The notes under the pieces were generated by a model that saw only the letters and a list, made by a program, of their open reading frames with translations, did not search any database and had not been told where the DNA came from. Position numbers and translations under genes: made by a program. DNA of 64,000 bases from NCBI GenBank assembly GCA_028534125.1, contig CM052816.1:99202001-99266000 (forward strand). Reading direction: 5' to 3'. The DNA comes from Lama glama (Eukaryota). Of the stretch, positions 23,858-36,994 are shown one piece after another (the first letter of the stretch is position 1; every line of letters starts with the position of its first letter).

Positions 23858-25427
23858 GGATGGCTAGTTTTTGCTCTATGGAGGTCAACAGTTATTGTAT
23901 CTCCCTGTTAATTTTTCATTGAATTGCTTTCAGTAATCGAAGGATATTTTAAAATTCCATTTACCTCCCTGAGATTTTATGAGTCCCTTATTAGGACTTG
24001 TGTTGTTGGCAAAATTAAGTTCATAAAACTACAGGAATATATTCAACCCTGGCAATTTTCTGTCATTTGCTATTATGTGCTGAAAAACCCCAGGCAATTA
24101 TCCATAATCAGAAGGAAAAAATTGTGTATTTTGAAGTTAGTATTTGTGGACGTGTGTAAGTGTATTAAATTAATGGATGTTTAATATCCTTGTTTGGATG
24201 ACCCACATAAGTTGTAGCATACACTGGGACTACCTATATGGCCACTTATTAGGTTACGACTGCATTTTGGCTGATCAGTGACCCTTTGTGCCCTTCTCAC
24301 TGTGAATTACCTAACTCTGCCCTTCAATTTGAATTGTCCAAAATACTGCAGCTTTCCCAGATCAAAGTGGAGGGGGTGGGAGTAATTTCTGTACACATTT
24401 CAAGTGACTAGAAGCCCATTTGCTCAGCCCATCACCACCTTTGTGCTGCTGCAAGAGCTGGTCCTGCCAGAGCCAATGGATACAGCTCTGTGGGGCCATG
24501 CTGCCTGCAGTGAAAGCCTCTGAACTTGTATGATACTCTGTGTGCTCAGGGCTCCTCCTCAACACCCACTGGTAACCAGAGGGCTGCGTCCTGAGTCATC
24601 TCAGCCACACTTCCACCCAGCCACTTGCCCCTTGGGGTGATCTTGGATGAATAAGTCTTGATATCCTATTTCCACAAGACATGTTTATTTCAGAGATGTC
24701 ATCTCCCCTTCCACTTACTCTAATGCACAGCCTTCCTGATTTATCACACAAAACTCTCTGAATAAAAATCTTCAGTAACAAGTGTTGGTGCCTAGATTCC
24801 TGATGCAAACTAGAGAACTTCCTGGAGGAAGTGCTTAACTTTGCTGGGTAAGTGGCTCAGGAAAGAGAAGTGTTGATATTTCATTGAATGTCAAATTGAA
24901 AAACAGGGAACTTATTAGAGTTGGACATATTCAAGTAATTTAATAAACTTAATTTCGCCAAGCACTTCAGTCCTACCCTAGGACTCATAAAATCTCAGAC
25001 AAGTAAATAGATCATAAATATATCTCTTGATTCAATCTACTATATTCCTGCTCCTAAAGGAAAGCAATCATGTTATTTTGCATAAATTGGAAGACAGGTG
25101 TCTGAGACCTTAAGCATCCCCAGTCAAAGGGCCCATCCACTAATTATTGCTTTAAAAAGAAATAGTGGGACTGATTCCCTAAACGTTGAAATTAGCAGCA
25201 CAGTGAACTTTCTCCACAACAAGCAGCCATCTACCCAGGGGAAATTATAAAAACAAATCATTTAAAATCTTTAGAAAGTGTCCTAAATGCATAAAGCAAA
25301 TGAAAAACCATCCATTCAAAAAAATCTTCTCAGCCTCAATGAGAACAGCCAGAATCTGTGGTGGGTGAGCAACGCCGCCTCCCTGACCCCTCCTTCCTGC
25401 CCATAAGTTCTATTTCAGGAAAACTAC

Positions 25428-25942
25428 TATAAGAAGGAAGAACACAGTTATGTCAGATCTGTTTCTTTGACTTTCACCCCATGATCTGTTTCCTGTGCTG
25501 AGTCAGGCTGGTGCTGCACCTTTTGTAAAAGAATGTTGCCTAGAGCCTGAAATCTACAGGACAGCCCATTCTTAAGGCTCTGATCTTTAAGGGTAGAACA
25601 CTGTTCCATTCATATAGAGGTAAAAAGTTGCAAAACAGAGAATAACATTTGTCCTGTTGGAGGTTTACAGGAACATCATGACCCGACCTACATCTACAGC
25701 TGCAAGAACAAAGGATTCCAGACTTCAAGAAGTTTGCAACAACCAACCACACCCCCTCCTCTTTTTAATATAAAAAGAGTTTGAATTCTGACTTAGGGAA
25801 GATGGTTCTCTAGGACACTAATCCCCCATCTCCTCCGTCTGCTGGTTTTCTGAATAAAGTCATTATTCCTTGTCTCAACACCTTGTCTCCTGATTTATTG
25901 GCCTGTCATGTGGCGATCAGAGCGAATTTGGACTTGGTAGCA
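25428..25942 (+). mobile_element. ERV1-class solo LTR, well preserved
   Basis: TATAAAA at 25769-25775, AATAAA at 25853-25858, U5-like 'gatttattggcctgtcatgtggcgatcag...ttggacttggtagca' ending in CA; 5' boundary uncertain. Confidence 0.85.
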
Positions 25943-26308
25943 CCGCTATGGAAGCCTTTCTTCAGGAGAGTGTGTTCAAGAAGGTGGGCCTTCCTCTCCC
26001 TCTAAATACCAGTCGAGTGCTAGAATCCCACCCCAGAAGGGCGGGCCATTGTAGTGTCTCATCTCTCCCAGAGCTGTGCCACAGAAGCTTTACTCCAGAA
26101 AGTCATGGATGCGGGTTTTGGGGCTTCTTCCTCCAACTAACTCCCACTCATGGAGCAGAAAGCCCGCCTCAGGTGTGGAGTTTGAGGCCACTGGGCTCCA
26201 GTCGCCCTGGCCCCAGCATGTCCGTAGAGTGGAAGTCCCACATCAGGAGGAACAACGGAAAAGACCAGGGGCTTCCATCCCCACCCAGGACCCTCCTCCC
26301 AGAGCAGG

Positions 26309-26906
26309 TGTCACTTCAGTAAAAGTGAACCTGTTCCTGGAGATCATGTTCTTGTCTCATTGCAGGAAGAATTCAGAGAGGTGATTTGGAGGTCAAGAAA
26401 GCGAAATGAGGATTTACCAAGCGATGATATGTTCTCAAGGGGAGAGCGGGCAGGCTCAGGTGAGCACCTGTGCTGAGTTTGTTTGGCAAGCGGGTTACAG
26501 AGTGCAGAATGAATGGGCAGAACAGTCATCAGGAGGGAAGTGTTTGGGGTTGTATTTCCGGGTTTCCATCCGAGCTCCACCTTCCCTAGGGGAGGAGGGA
26601 TTTTTGTCATTTAGTCTGGATTGGAAGTGTCATGGCATCAGTGCATGATGGGAACTTCTTATCTGCAAGGCTGATTTTATTGTAATGAGGGCATGATAAG
26701 CAAAAGTTTACATTTGGACACCAGAGATTTCTGTCTTTTCCCACCTTTCTTTGCCTCCAGGATACTATGTGTAATTTCATATCAATCCAGAGGTTCCTGC
26801 TTTTGTCTGCCCAAGGACCCCCATTTTTCACAAGATGTGTGGTTTCCTGCATTTGACCCATGTGCCCCTTTCTCTGCTCCCATCTAGCTGTCTGCCTGCT
26901 CTAGCA
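26309..26906 (-). mobile_element. ERV1-class solo LTR in opposite orientation
   Basis: TG...CA termini; candidate 4-bp TSD cagg (26305-26308) and catg (26907-26910) with one mismatch; motifs 'tgcaggaagaattcagag', 'tctcaaggggagagcgggcagg'. Confidence 0.75.
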
Positions 26907-27114
26907 CATGGCCCCAGTTGGTGGGTGTTGCAGAGGTCCTGCTGGTGGAAGAGTCAGGCCATGAAGGCTATGAGCGCTACAGTTCTGCTTGAAGGGATTG
27001 ACTCATTTGCAAAGGAAGAGGGTAAAATCCATGCCTAAGGGCATGATTGACAACAGTGTTATATCTTGGAGGAAAATAACTCATAGAAGGCTGGTAGCCC
27101 TGTAAAAGTTCATC

Positions 27115-27355
27115 CTTTCAAAGAACCAAGTTCAAGTGTCATTGATTTTTTTCTCTACTGCTTTTCTAATCTCTATTTCATGTATTTCCACTCTCGCCTT
27201 AATAATTTCCTCCCCTCTGCTTCTTTGAGTTTACTTTGCTCTTCTTTTTCCATTTTTAAGGTGGAAGTTAAAGTTATTAACTTAGAAAATTTCCTCTTTT
27301 CTAATGTGCGCCTTCTGTACTGTAAGTTCCCCTTATCTCCTCACTGATGCATCCA
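27115..27355 (-). mobile_element. L1M ORF2 fragment
   Basis: 'tttcaaagaaccaag...tcattgatttttttctctactgcttttct...tttactttgctcttctttttcc...aaggtggaagtt'. Confidence 0.75.
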
Positions 27356-29099
27356 CATCTGTGACTTTCTTGGAACGTCTTCTCTCAGTGCCAACAGGAT
27401 CTCCACAGTCTTTCCACTGCACAAACTTCACTTTGTCGCAGACCTGGCTTAGCCGTCTTGGAGATAAAATCTGGAATTTGCATCATTCTTTATTGTGTTT
27501 TCAATATAACATAGAAAGAATCATGTATCACATGAAGGCAATTAGAGCATTTTAAAGATAGATGTGTGATAGAACCATCAGTCATATTCCTAGAGTTTGT
27601 AATCAGAAAGAAAGGCATATAGCTGCTGTTCCAACAAACTAAACATAAGATATACAGATTAACCTTTATTCCATGAAAGCATGCTCTTCAGTTCTAGCCC
27701 AAGGAATTGCCTTTGATTTTCCAGAAGTTTTCTCAATGTGAAGGAGGGTTTTTCAATGATAATTCAAATACCTAATCACATACACATTCCATATAAACAT
27801 AAAAGTATGCACTGTGAGACCGAGACTCCTTAAGATGCTGGGAAAGCGAAGTCTGCCTAATGCACCACGTGGAAGAAATGGACATAAACAGAAAGCATCT
27901 TTCATCCATTTCTGATGTGTAGTTCCTTTAAACCAGGGGCTAGCTATTTGGAAATTGAGTTTACAGTGGTAATAAAATCCAGGTAAACTGTGAACATCTT
28001 TCCACCTCAACATCCGAGAAAAAGTTCTTTTGCAACCATGGTGTGATTTTGAAATGGAATGTTCCGAGTGTTTAAGGAGCAAGCTCTTTCTTACTGTCTG
28101 TATTACAAAGCAGATGGTATCATTTTTGTAAATAGAGAATCTGTTTTAAAAAAAAAGTGCATTACTGAATTTCCAACTTGCAGTAACAATATGTCTGACA
28201 AATTTAGCTAGGTCCAAAGGCACTCAGAGGAGAGGCCACCTGAGCCTGGTGTGCATGGCATGGTGCCACCTCAGACTGGAGCCTCCGCGCACACAAGTCC
28301 ACTCCAAACCCCTCCATGTCCTTGATGTAATGACTAAATTGTTACTGATGCAGATGGAGAGCCACCAAGATCTCAAAATCCCTCGGAGGTGACCATATGG
28401 CTCCCTTCACCTTTTAAGATTTAATGATGGTCCTTGGGCACTTTCCAGTTACTTAAAAAAAAAAAGGAAAGTCTTTTCCCATCAATTAAAAAAAATTGTA
28501 CCAAAAATAAAAATCCACCCTACAATATTTAAACTCCTTTAAAATCAAAGACCTTTTCTACCTCTTAATTATATGAATCAATGACAGGCCTCTAATATAA
28601 AGCCATGGCCACCAATATTAGGGAAAGGACTGATAATTGTGCTACCTTCCCCTCAAAAAAGAAATGTTAATCTCTAGACTCTGTGTTAATGCATTGTATT
28701 GGATGCATTCAATTACAAGATTGCTGCTAAATATATGTACCCTGGAGTTCTTGGTCCTGCTGCTTCCACCAATTTTATTGTGAGAATAAACTTTTAACAC
28801 CACGAAGAATTTGTTTAAAAGCTTCTGAAGGCTGAGTCTTGAGTTTGTGGGCACATCACTAAGAGCCAGTGTTCTCCATCCCCGGGAGGTTGTAGTCGGC
28901 TTGCATAAAATAGATCGATGCGTCCTGGGGACCTAAGTGGCAGGTCTTATTATGGAAGCTTTTAGCTTATCTTTGGATGCATGGAATTCATTCCGCGTGG
29001 TTAGCATTTCATGGTTATTTAGTCAAGCTGTTGCATCAGCAGGTTATTTTTAAAAATTCTTATCTTTTCTCTTCCATCCAGTTATGTGTGTTTTCAACA

Positions 29100-29910
29100 A
29101 TCAGTCGTTTGTTCTATCATTCAACAGACAAGTGTGAAAACGTATTATTCTTGGGACTGGTGTAAGCACTGGAGACTCAGAAATGAAGAATGGAATTCCT
29201 GACCCAAAGTGGTACATGATTTAGCAAGGTCACAGCTAAGTGATGTTCCATCTATGAGACGGTATAGTAAGTGTTATGGTGGTAGAATCCCATACTGAGG
29301 ACTCTATAAGGGCAAGGAGGGGGGTCAGCATAGGGGAGGAGGTGGGGAAATGAAATTGGTGATTGAAGTTGAAGAATGACCTCCTAAAAGCTTGGAATTA
29401 GTCTCAGAACAATGAGGAGAATTTGCTGACCAGGTTGGGAGTGGTCTGGAGAGCATTCCAGGGTGACAAAGAGATTGATGATCTTAACAGAAGGCAGGAG
29501 GAGTTTGGGAAAAGCTAAGCTTTTTGATATGGCAAAAATGTATGATTCCAAGATAATGGAAGCTGAAGACTTAGACTTAAAAATCCAGTATCTGAGGACC
29601 TAGTCATATGATGCACACTGTTTTGATTTCTTCCTCTTTTTCTTCTTTCTTTTTGCATGTGAATATTTGTAAAAAGATAGAATGATAAAACAGAAGATTA
29701 TGCTATTAACTGAGGGCATAAGACCCTGGGAAGTGATAAGAGAACAGGAGATTCAGAACCAGCTGGAGATACTATTTCAGGAGGAAAATGTGAAGAATGT
29801 TGATTCAGAGACAGGAAGGAAAAAAGGTGAAGGTGGATAATCGGCTGCAGACAGATGACGTGGAAGGGGTGCTCTAGGACGACTTCTGCTTTCTCCAGCT
29901 TGTGGATGGA
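29100..29910 (-). mobile_element. Degraded L2 fragments
   Basis: 'tcattcaacagacaagtg...taagcactggagactcagaaatgaa...cctgaccc' and a purine-rich L2-type body. Confidence 0.55.
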
Positions 29911-30051
29911 GTCGGGGTGGGAACTCAGGTACCCTAGTCACACATTGGACTAGAAACTCTTACTGGAGGTAAAGAGTAAATATTCACTGTTCTAGTCGTG
30001 ACTATGGGGTGATTTCCTCTTCAGTGCGCTTCTGCCCATGAGGAGCTGCAG

Positions 30052-30300
30052 AGCTGCATTCTCAGCAGGTACAATATTGTGTCCCAAGAGGACAAAAATA
30101 AGCTTTTTAGGGGGAAGGGCAGGTGAAAAAGGTTGTTCATTTTTTTCCCCCTATGAAACACAGATCTGCATGCAATTCATAAACAAATACAGAGTATATT
30201 TTTGTTATTCAACTATATGGGATGGGGTGATTAGAAAAACTGTCTTAAACATCTCCTGAAGGGAATTTAAAAATGATTAAAAAGAAAAACATGACTGTAG
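30052..30300. mobile_element. Possible hAT-Charlie-type DNA transposon remnant
   Basis: Degenerate termini 'ctgcattctcagc' and 'aaaacatgactg' around 'caatattgtgtcccaagaggacaaaaat'. Confidence 0.4.
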
Positions 30301-30569
30301 AGAAAGTTGCTGGAACCAGAAGGTTGGTTACAAGGTTGTGGTGAAAAGCAAGAGAGCTGGGAAACATTTATTGTTGGTAATGATGCCATTGAAATGGTAA
30401 GCCACAGCTGGGCAGAGATGGGAGTTAAACCAAAGGAGAGGCAGAAGAGTTAAGTTGAAGACAAATCTGAAAGGATGAAAGTGGAGACTGTTGGCCACGG
30501 TGGACACAAAGCAAGAACACTCTGTGTTAGTCTTACAGGTGAGAACGGAGACCACTTGTATTCACGTCA

Positions 30570-31089
30570 CTGCATGGGCAGGATGAGAATTGAGGCCATT
30601 GTGCCAATAAAGCCTATCTTTGTTTCAGGACACTATTCAAGGAAGACAAGCCTTCGTCCTAAAAAGTAACTTCATTGTTCGTTTCGGGAAATTCCTACAA
30701 AACCAGTTTTTCTGGGTAAATAATTTGCTCCTCAAACCACATAGCTCTTGTTTCATGATAATAGATTGCTTGACTCACTTGGGAAAAAAAGCTCACTTAT
30801 CAAACAGCAGTTTCTCGAGGCTCACCTTAAGGCTCTCACCTTGTCCACCAACCCTAACTCATTTTGTCATGAAGATGGCCCAATACCAGTCACTCACCTG
30901 CAGAGAAAAACCCATCTTAAATCACGGAAGCCCAAATATGAAAATGCTACAAATTTTCTCCACTGATCTCCACTTTTTGGAAAATTATTAAGAGTCCCTT
31001 AAGGGCTATTCTCCCTTATTGCAGTAACTTTCATGAACTTAATTAACAGGAGTTTTTTAGGTGGTCTTTTAAGGAGTCAAGAATCGACA
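30570..31089 (+). mobile_element. Old ERV1 solo LTR (MER67/90/110-like)
   Basis: 3' region 'ttctcccttattgcagtaact...aacaggagttttttaggtggtcttttaaggagtcaa...gaca'. Confidence 0.55.
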
Positions 31090-31699
31090 CATGTAACGTC
31101 ATCCACACAAAGGCTTTGGGATCTGAAGCGGAGATGATCAATTAAAAAAGTTAAACAACATCAATTAATAGTTGAATACATGCATATTTCAAGAAAATAT
31201 CATGATATATAACAAGACAGACAAAGTGTTATTCATAAGAACTTTTATTAAGAGTGAAAATCCATTTTTGAGGGGATATAAATTAGTGGGTAAATGGGAT
31301 AAGGAGACTTACACTAAAGGATCCGATTATGGAAAGAAATGTTCTGCATAAGATGAATGGAATAATGTCTGTTGATAGGACAGGGAAGAAAATGAGAAAG
31401 TCATGTGGAGCAAGGCCAGTTACTCTGCCAGATGATCCCTTCTTTAATTTCCCAAGACAGGAAATGTATGACATAGTGAAATGTGCGGAAAATTTTTTTA
31501 AATAAATAACTAACAAAGTTTTAGTCTCACTGGGGACTCTAAACAGTATGTACAGATAGATATGAGGTGAGTGGAAGAATGAAAACAGAAAACAAAATCA
31601 GTGAGTAAGCCCCAGGAACTCAAAGATGCTCTGGGAAGACCTGTAAGATCTCAGCTGGCTCAGGAGCTGGTGTTCAGGTGCCCAACAGAATAGGCAAAG

Positions 31700-32000
31700 A
31701 CCTTCATCAAGGATCATCAACCCGATATTTGAAAACACTGGTGTGAATCCAGAGATTCCCAATGTTTCCAGAGAGTAAGAAACAGAATGAGGACCAGGGA
31801 GACGTGTGGTTTCTCAATAGTATGAATGAATACTAAGAGACAAAAGATCATTGCCTTCATATTTCTGAGGAAAACTAATTTCCAATTTAAAAGACTCTCA
31901 AACTATCGACCAAAAGTGGAGATAGGAGAACCTTTCAGACAGGTGAGGGCTTTATAGATTTTTCTTTCTTAAGGCCTGCTACAGAGACATGCTACAAAGA
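31700..32000 (+). mobile_element. Degraded L1 ORF1/HAL1-like fragment
   Basis: 'ttgccttcatatttctgaggaaaactaatttccaatttaaaa...aaactatcgaccaaaagtgg...ttcagaca'. Confidence 0.5.
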
Positions 32001-34217
32001 ACATGGTGTTGCACCAAGAAAAAGGTATAATCCTAGCAAACTGGGGCTTAAGCAGAGGAGAGTGGCAGAAGCAAGTCCCAGGTTCTGTGAGACTGGGACG
32101 CAGGGACAACTGGTTTGGGGAAAACAAGGGAGCCAAGGGCTCCTGAAGGAAGGGATTTGGGAAAATGGAGTCAATATAGGAAACAGTGGATGTGGACAGG
32201 TTATGAGCCCTTGTTGAGCCAGTTCAAGGCATGGCAGTATAATTTAAAAAATGTATTCTTGTCCCCCATATGCGGAGCAAGAAACTTTCATGAGGAATGG
32301 ACTAACACCAAGAAAAGAGAGTTTTTCATGGAAGCAAGGGTGGCAGAGAGAGGAGAGCATGGAGAGATGTAGCCTATGAAAAAATGTCTGTGCGAGAATT
32401 CCAACGATGGAAGTTCTGCAAGACGACAGATTGATGTTTGAGGGTTTAATACATCACATCCTTTCCTTCCGTCCAAGTGTGGTACCAACAGAACAACAAA
32501 AGAGTTAGCCAATCGAGATCAAGATGTCACGTTTACCCTTGGTAGATCTTTGGGGGACTACAGCTTGAGGGTTTGTCAGTGGTGACAAACTTACATTCCT
32601 TTCGCAGCCTAGAGAACCAGGCTCCCCTCCCTTCCACCTCCCCCTTTACCTAAGGGGCAGATCCTCTCTTAAAACTCGAGGTAGAGAGGAGAAAAGGAGT
32701 GTTTCCTGGCCCTTTCAAAACTCAGGCATGAAGAAAACCCACATGTGTACTATGCTCAGGGAGCAGCTTTCTCAAGAAGGAGAGAAAAAGGTGCTGAGGG
32801 GATGAGCTCAGTATCTCCTCACAAATTTTCAGGTCAAGTAAATCACTCCTTCCCCTGAGCAGATGGGAGAGGCCGGGTGTTACCTTAATTGTCGTCCCTC
32901 CATGTGGCAACTCAGAGCAAGGCAAGGAAGGCTCCATACCAGCATCCTTAATGGGCTGAGCCACTAAGGTTGTGGTGACACAGAGGTGTGGCTACCTGTT
33001 CTTTCCCAGCCTCCTCAAACAAAACAGTGTCCTTTTAAGAATCCTTTTAAAGTCACGGTGTAGATTTTGCCAGAAGGTACTGATACTGTACTCCTATTTC
33101 GCCATCCAAGTCTAGATTGGATTTTGCCAATGGAGCTCCACAGAAATCCTGCAGAGATTAAATGGCAAGATCCTCTAGTAACGTAATGCCAACACGATGT
33201 AAATCTAAACCCTTCCTATTATAAAAGTGGGGTTAAAGTAAAAAAAAAATAAGAAAAAAAACCTCCATTAACTCCTGCAGGTTCATAACGCATGGTAATT
33301 ACAGTGGCCAGTTAGAGACATGCACCCTCCCCAGGTCCCGGTCCTGCCGAATCCCAGCTGAGCACGTTCCCAGCGATGTGCAGGCCCAGGGTTCCTTCAG
33401 CAGTTGCCATCCAGGTGGTCACACGCCTCAGTGGTGGTAGTTTTATCAGAACAGGTCCTCCTTTCTTTCTAGTTCAATGTCAAGTTGATTGGCTTCAGTT
33501 TTCAAAGCTTTGAAGAAGAAACAGGGGACATGCTTACCAGAGAACAGACTCTGCAACACCTTAAAAACAGACCTCGTCTCCAGTACCCAAATCATGATAG
33601 TAGACAGAGTTAAGAGCAAGACTTTGCCCTCAGTGCTGTCTGAACAAATGAAGGGTGGGCAGAGAAGACCACATCTTCTGCTCTGCACTGCAGGTCTGCG
33701 CCTCAGAGTGTAACCTGTCAGCTTAAACTGAACTTTCATCAGGAGGCTAACATGGCCCCTGCACACTGTCCACCCTTGGCTGAAGAGTTTATGTCAGCCG
33801 TCGGCCCCCTCTGAGCTTGGCGTTAGAAACACTGCCGACTCTATCTGCAATTTACAAATTTGCAGTGGCACCAAGCTTCACTCCCTCCCCGTCGAGGTAA
33901 ATTTGTCCCAAAAGAATGTTTTACAAAATTTCTTGATTTCCATTTTCTCCTGGGTCTTTATTTCCCCAGCAACCCAGGGCTTTCCTGCAGGTGGGCTGTG
34001 GAGGGTGAGTGTTTCCAGACTCTCCTGCAGGCCGAGGCTGTCAGGACCATTCCATAAAGACCTCTATCCCTCTGTTCTTGCAGGGAAGTTGTTCACAAGT
34101 GTAAAACCTGCCTCCTGGGGAAGTTTTCCCATCATCCCTGTGCTGTTTTTGGATGGAGAATCAGTCCCAGCAGGTTCCTGAATGTCAGCAGCTGGTGATG
34201 ATGTTGAAGGTGGGCCC

Positions 34218-34490
34218 TGTGATGCCCAGTTTTATGGGTCAGCTTGGCCGGTCTGTACATAACCCCAGTTCATGAAATACTGGTCCAGGCATTGAGGGGA
34301 AGTATTTCGTAGACGTGGTGAACATCTACATGGTTTACTTTAAGTAAAGGAGATCATTCTAGAAAATACAGATGTGTCCCATTCAGTTCATTAAAAGGCT
34401 GTAAGAGCAGAATTGAAGTTTCCCTGAGAAGAAATTTGGTCTGCGGACGGCAGCTCCAGCCCGTGTCTGAGAGCCCCAGCACGCTTTAGT
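34218..34490 (+). mobile_element. ERVL solo LTR fragment, MLT2C/D-like
   Basis: 'tgtgatgcccagttttatgggtcagcttggcc', 'actttaagtaaaggagatcattct', 'gaagtttccctgagaagaaatt'. Confidence 0.85.
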
Positions 34491-35519
34491 GAATTACATC
34501 TACTTATAAACTTACAACTACGTACCACACCCACACCCAAGGGTGAAGTGTTAAAAATAAGGAGACTTGTCGACATGAGCATATATAGATGTCATATATT
34601 TTTCATGAAGACAGCTTAGACCTTTCAAGTTGAAATCTATATAAATTTGTCTTGATACTGCTTAAAAGATTTCCTCAATCTGAACAAATATTTGATAATG
34701 GTTCTTTGATATGGGAGAGCCATTGGTTCAACCAGGGAAACAACAAATGCAACTGGTTCCTGAGGTCAGAGTGCAGAGGTCACTGTAACTTGTCTCTCTG
34801 TCTCTAGCTTCTAGCATAGAGTCAGGAGACCAAATACGTATTTGAAATTCAATGCAATAAAATCTATTTCCAGAAGGAAGACTTGGAAGTGTCTGTGTGA
34901 AAACCAGCACCTGCTCAGAAACGTCCACCCTCAAAATCACGACATCGTGACTTTGTCTTGTGAGCCTCTTCCTGGTGTGAACAGGAGCTCAGGGTCTGTG
35001 CTGTTTTGGTTCGATGTTTTATTCCGTGACACGTAGAAATGAACAGTGGGCCTTTCCGATGATGACTGAAGAACTCCAGGAACACATCCTGAAACTCCTA
35101 CAGCACACTGGAATTAAAGATCTTTGAGGAGAAAAATAACAAAATGACATTCCCTGGTCCAACTGAGTCCCTTCCTCATTTAGAACACTCTCCTTTAAAA
35201 CTGCGACAATTCTCCTCTTTAACCATCCAACGTTACTGAATAAATAAAGCAAAGGCAGTGTTTGTCTGTCATACAATGAATCCCCTTTTCTAAACGTGCG
35301 CGCATCTCCTGACCTGATGGTGGGGAGAAAGCACTGCCGGAAGCTATTTCATGTTGTTTCATTGTAGAAACGCTCATTTTAATACAGAGCGTCAACAAGG
35401 ATGTGCTGCGCATTCCACCTGCCGACTTTCAGGCTGGCAGGCCTGAGTTAGAACACTGGTGTGTCCAACATACAGAGCCGCTGAGCCCTCATCCCTCATC
35501 CCTGTTTTAGCTACAAAAC

Positions 35520-36085
35520 AGCGCAAAAACCGCGATCCTTAGATGCCGCGTGTCGGGGACAATGTGTTTCTGACACAGTCAGGAAGGGCTCCCACCCTCA
35601 GCAGAGGGCGCGCAGCCGTCGTGGTTTCCGTGGGTCGGCCTCCCTCCGTGAGCGCCGCGACCCGCCCTCGGGCCTCTGCGCGGCCGGGTGGGAGCGGGGC
35701 CGACCGGCTCCGGGTCCCCAGGCCCAAGGCGCGCACCCCCTGGATCCCACGCTGACACGCGGAACCGTGAAATCTCCCATGCCCCTCGTTGCCTGAATAT
35801 TGTTTCTGGGCCACATCATTTCTAACTGATCGGGAGCTTCATTGCAAAAAGGCCGTGTGCGTCTTCCAAGCCGAGCGGCCCCGCCCCGGACCCGCACGCA
35901 GCCCGCGGGCGCAGGGGGGCGCCTCGGCCCGGCCTCCTCCGTGCGCGCGGAGGCTGCAGCCCCGGCCTCCCGCGGCCGGGGGGCGCCGGCTGCCCTCGGG
36001 GCGGCTCGCTGGCCGCCGCCCGCCTCCTGCGGGAGCGCTGATGTCGGAGCGGAGCGTCCCCTTCGCCGCCGCCGCCGCCGCCGCC
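35520..36085. promoter_or_regulatory. CpG island, probable promoter or first-exon region, cut off by a gap
   Basis: Sharp rise in GC and CpG density over the flanks; GC-box-like ccccgcccc at ~35879-35887; ends in (GCC)7. Confidence 0.85.
36065..36085 (+). repeat. (GCC)n trinucleotide repeat, at least 7 units, running into the gap
   Basis: Directly visible. Confidence 0.95.
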
Positions 36086-36585
36086 NNNNNNNNNNNNNNN
36101 NNNNNNNNNNNNNNNNNNNNNNNNNNNNNNNNNNNNNNNNNNNNNNNNNNNNNNNNNNNNNNNNNNNNNNNNNNNNNNNNNNNNNNNNNNNNNNNNNNNN
36201 NNNNNNNNNNNNNNNNNNNNNNNNNNNNNNNNNNNNNNNNNNNNNNNNNNNNNNNNNNNNNNNNNNNNNNNNNNNNNNNNNNNNNNNNNNNNNNNNNNNN
36301 NNNNNNNNNNNNNNNNNNNNNNNNNNNNNNNNNNNNNNNNNNNNNNNNNNNNNNNNNNNNNNNNNNNNNNNNNNNNNNNNNNNNNNNNNNNNNNNNNNNN
36401 NNNNNNNNNNNNNNNNNNNNNNNNNNNNNNNNNNNNNNNNNNNNNNNNNNNNNNNNNNNNNNNNNNNNNNNNNNNNNNNNNNNNNNNNNNNNNNNNNNNN
36501 NNNNNNNNNNNNNNNNNNNNNNNNNNNNNNNNNNNNNNNNNNNNNNNNNNNNNNNNNNNNNNNNNNNNNNNNNNNNNNNNNNNNN
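36086..36585. other. Assembly gap of 500 N; true size unknown
   Basis: Run of N of round length. Confidence 0.99.
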
Positions 36586-36994
36586 CTTTAAAGAAAAGAT
36601 ATATTCAAGGATTTCTTTTTTTTTTCCTTGCTTGCTAGTAAGGTGCTCATTTGCATCTGGTTGTCAAGAGTTATGACATTTAACGTTATTAATGTCACTT
36701 CCATTATGCCAGTGAACCTCAGCTGCCTTCACCCACAAAATGTAAATGTTTCTGACTACATGACCATAACTAGAAACCCCCAGGAAGGAAAAAGAAACAC
36801 CGGTCTCCGTACTGTGGGAAGGCTGACGTGCGTGCACCCATGTCACTCACTGCCACGGATTTGGAAATATATTCACTTAGTGTCAGAAGTATGGCACACA
36901 TGTGCATGCGTGCACATGAACACACACACACACACAGAGTTGTTTCCATTCTAGAAATCCAATGCAATTCAATGAACACTTGGAGCCAACTCTT

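Larger units (their letters stand above)
25160..27110 (+). mobile_element. Old L1M 5'UTR split by two ERV LTR insertions
   Basis: 'aaaacaaatcatttaaaatctttagaaagtgtcctaaatgcataaagcaaatgaaaaaccatccattcaa' resembles an L1M 5' region; similar sequence resumes at 25943-26308 and after 26907. Confidence 0.55.

Noticed and set aside
35789..36676. The longest ORFs in the track (295 and 249 aa)
   Set aside because: They read through 500 N, and the known part is the Arg/Pro/Ala/Gly-rich translation typical of any CpG island
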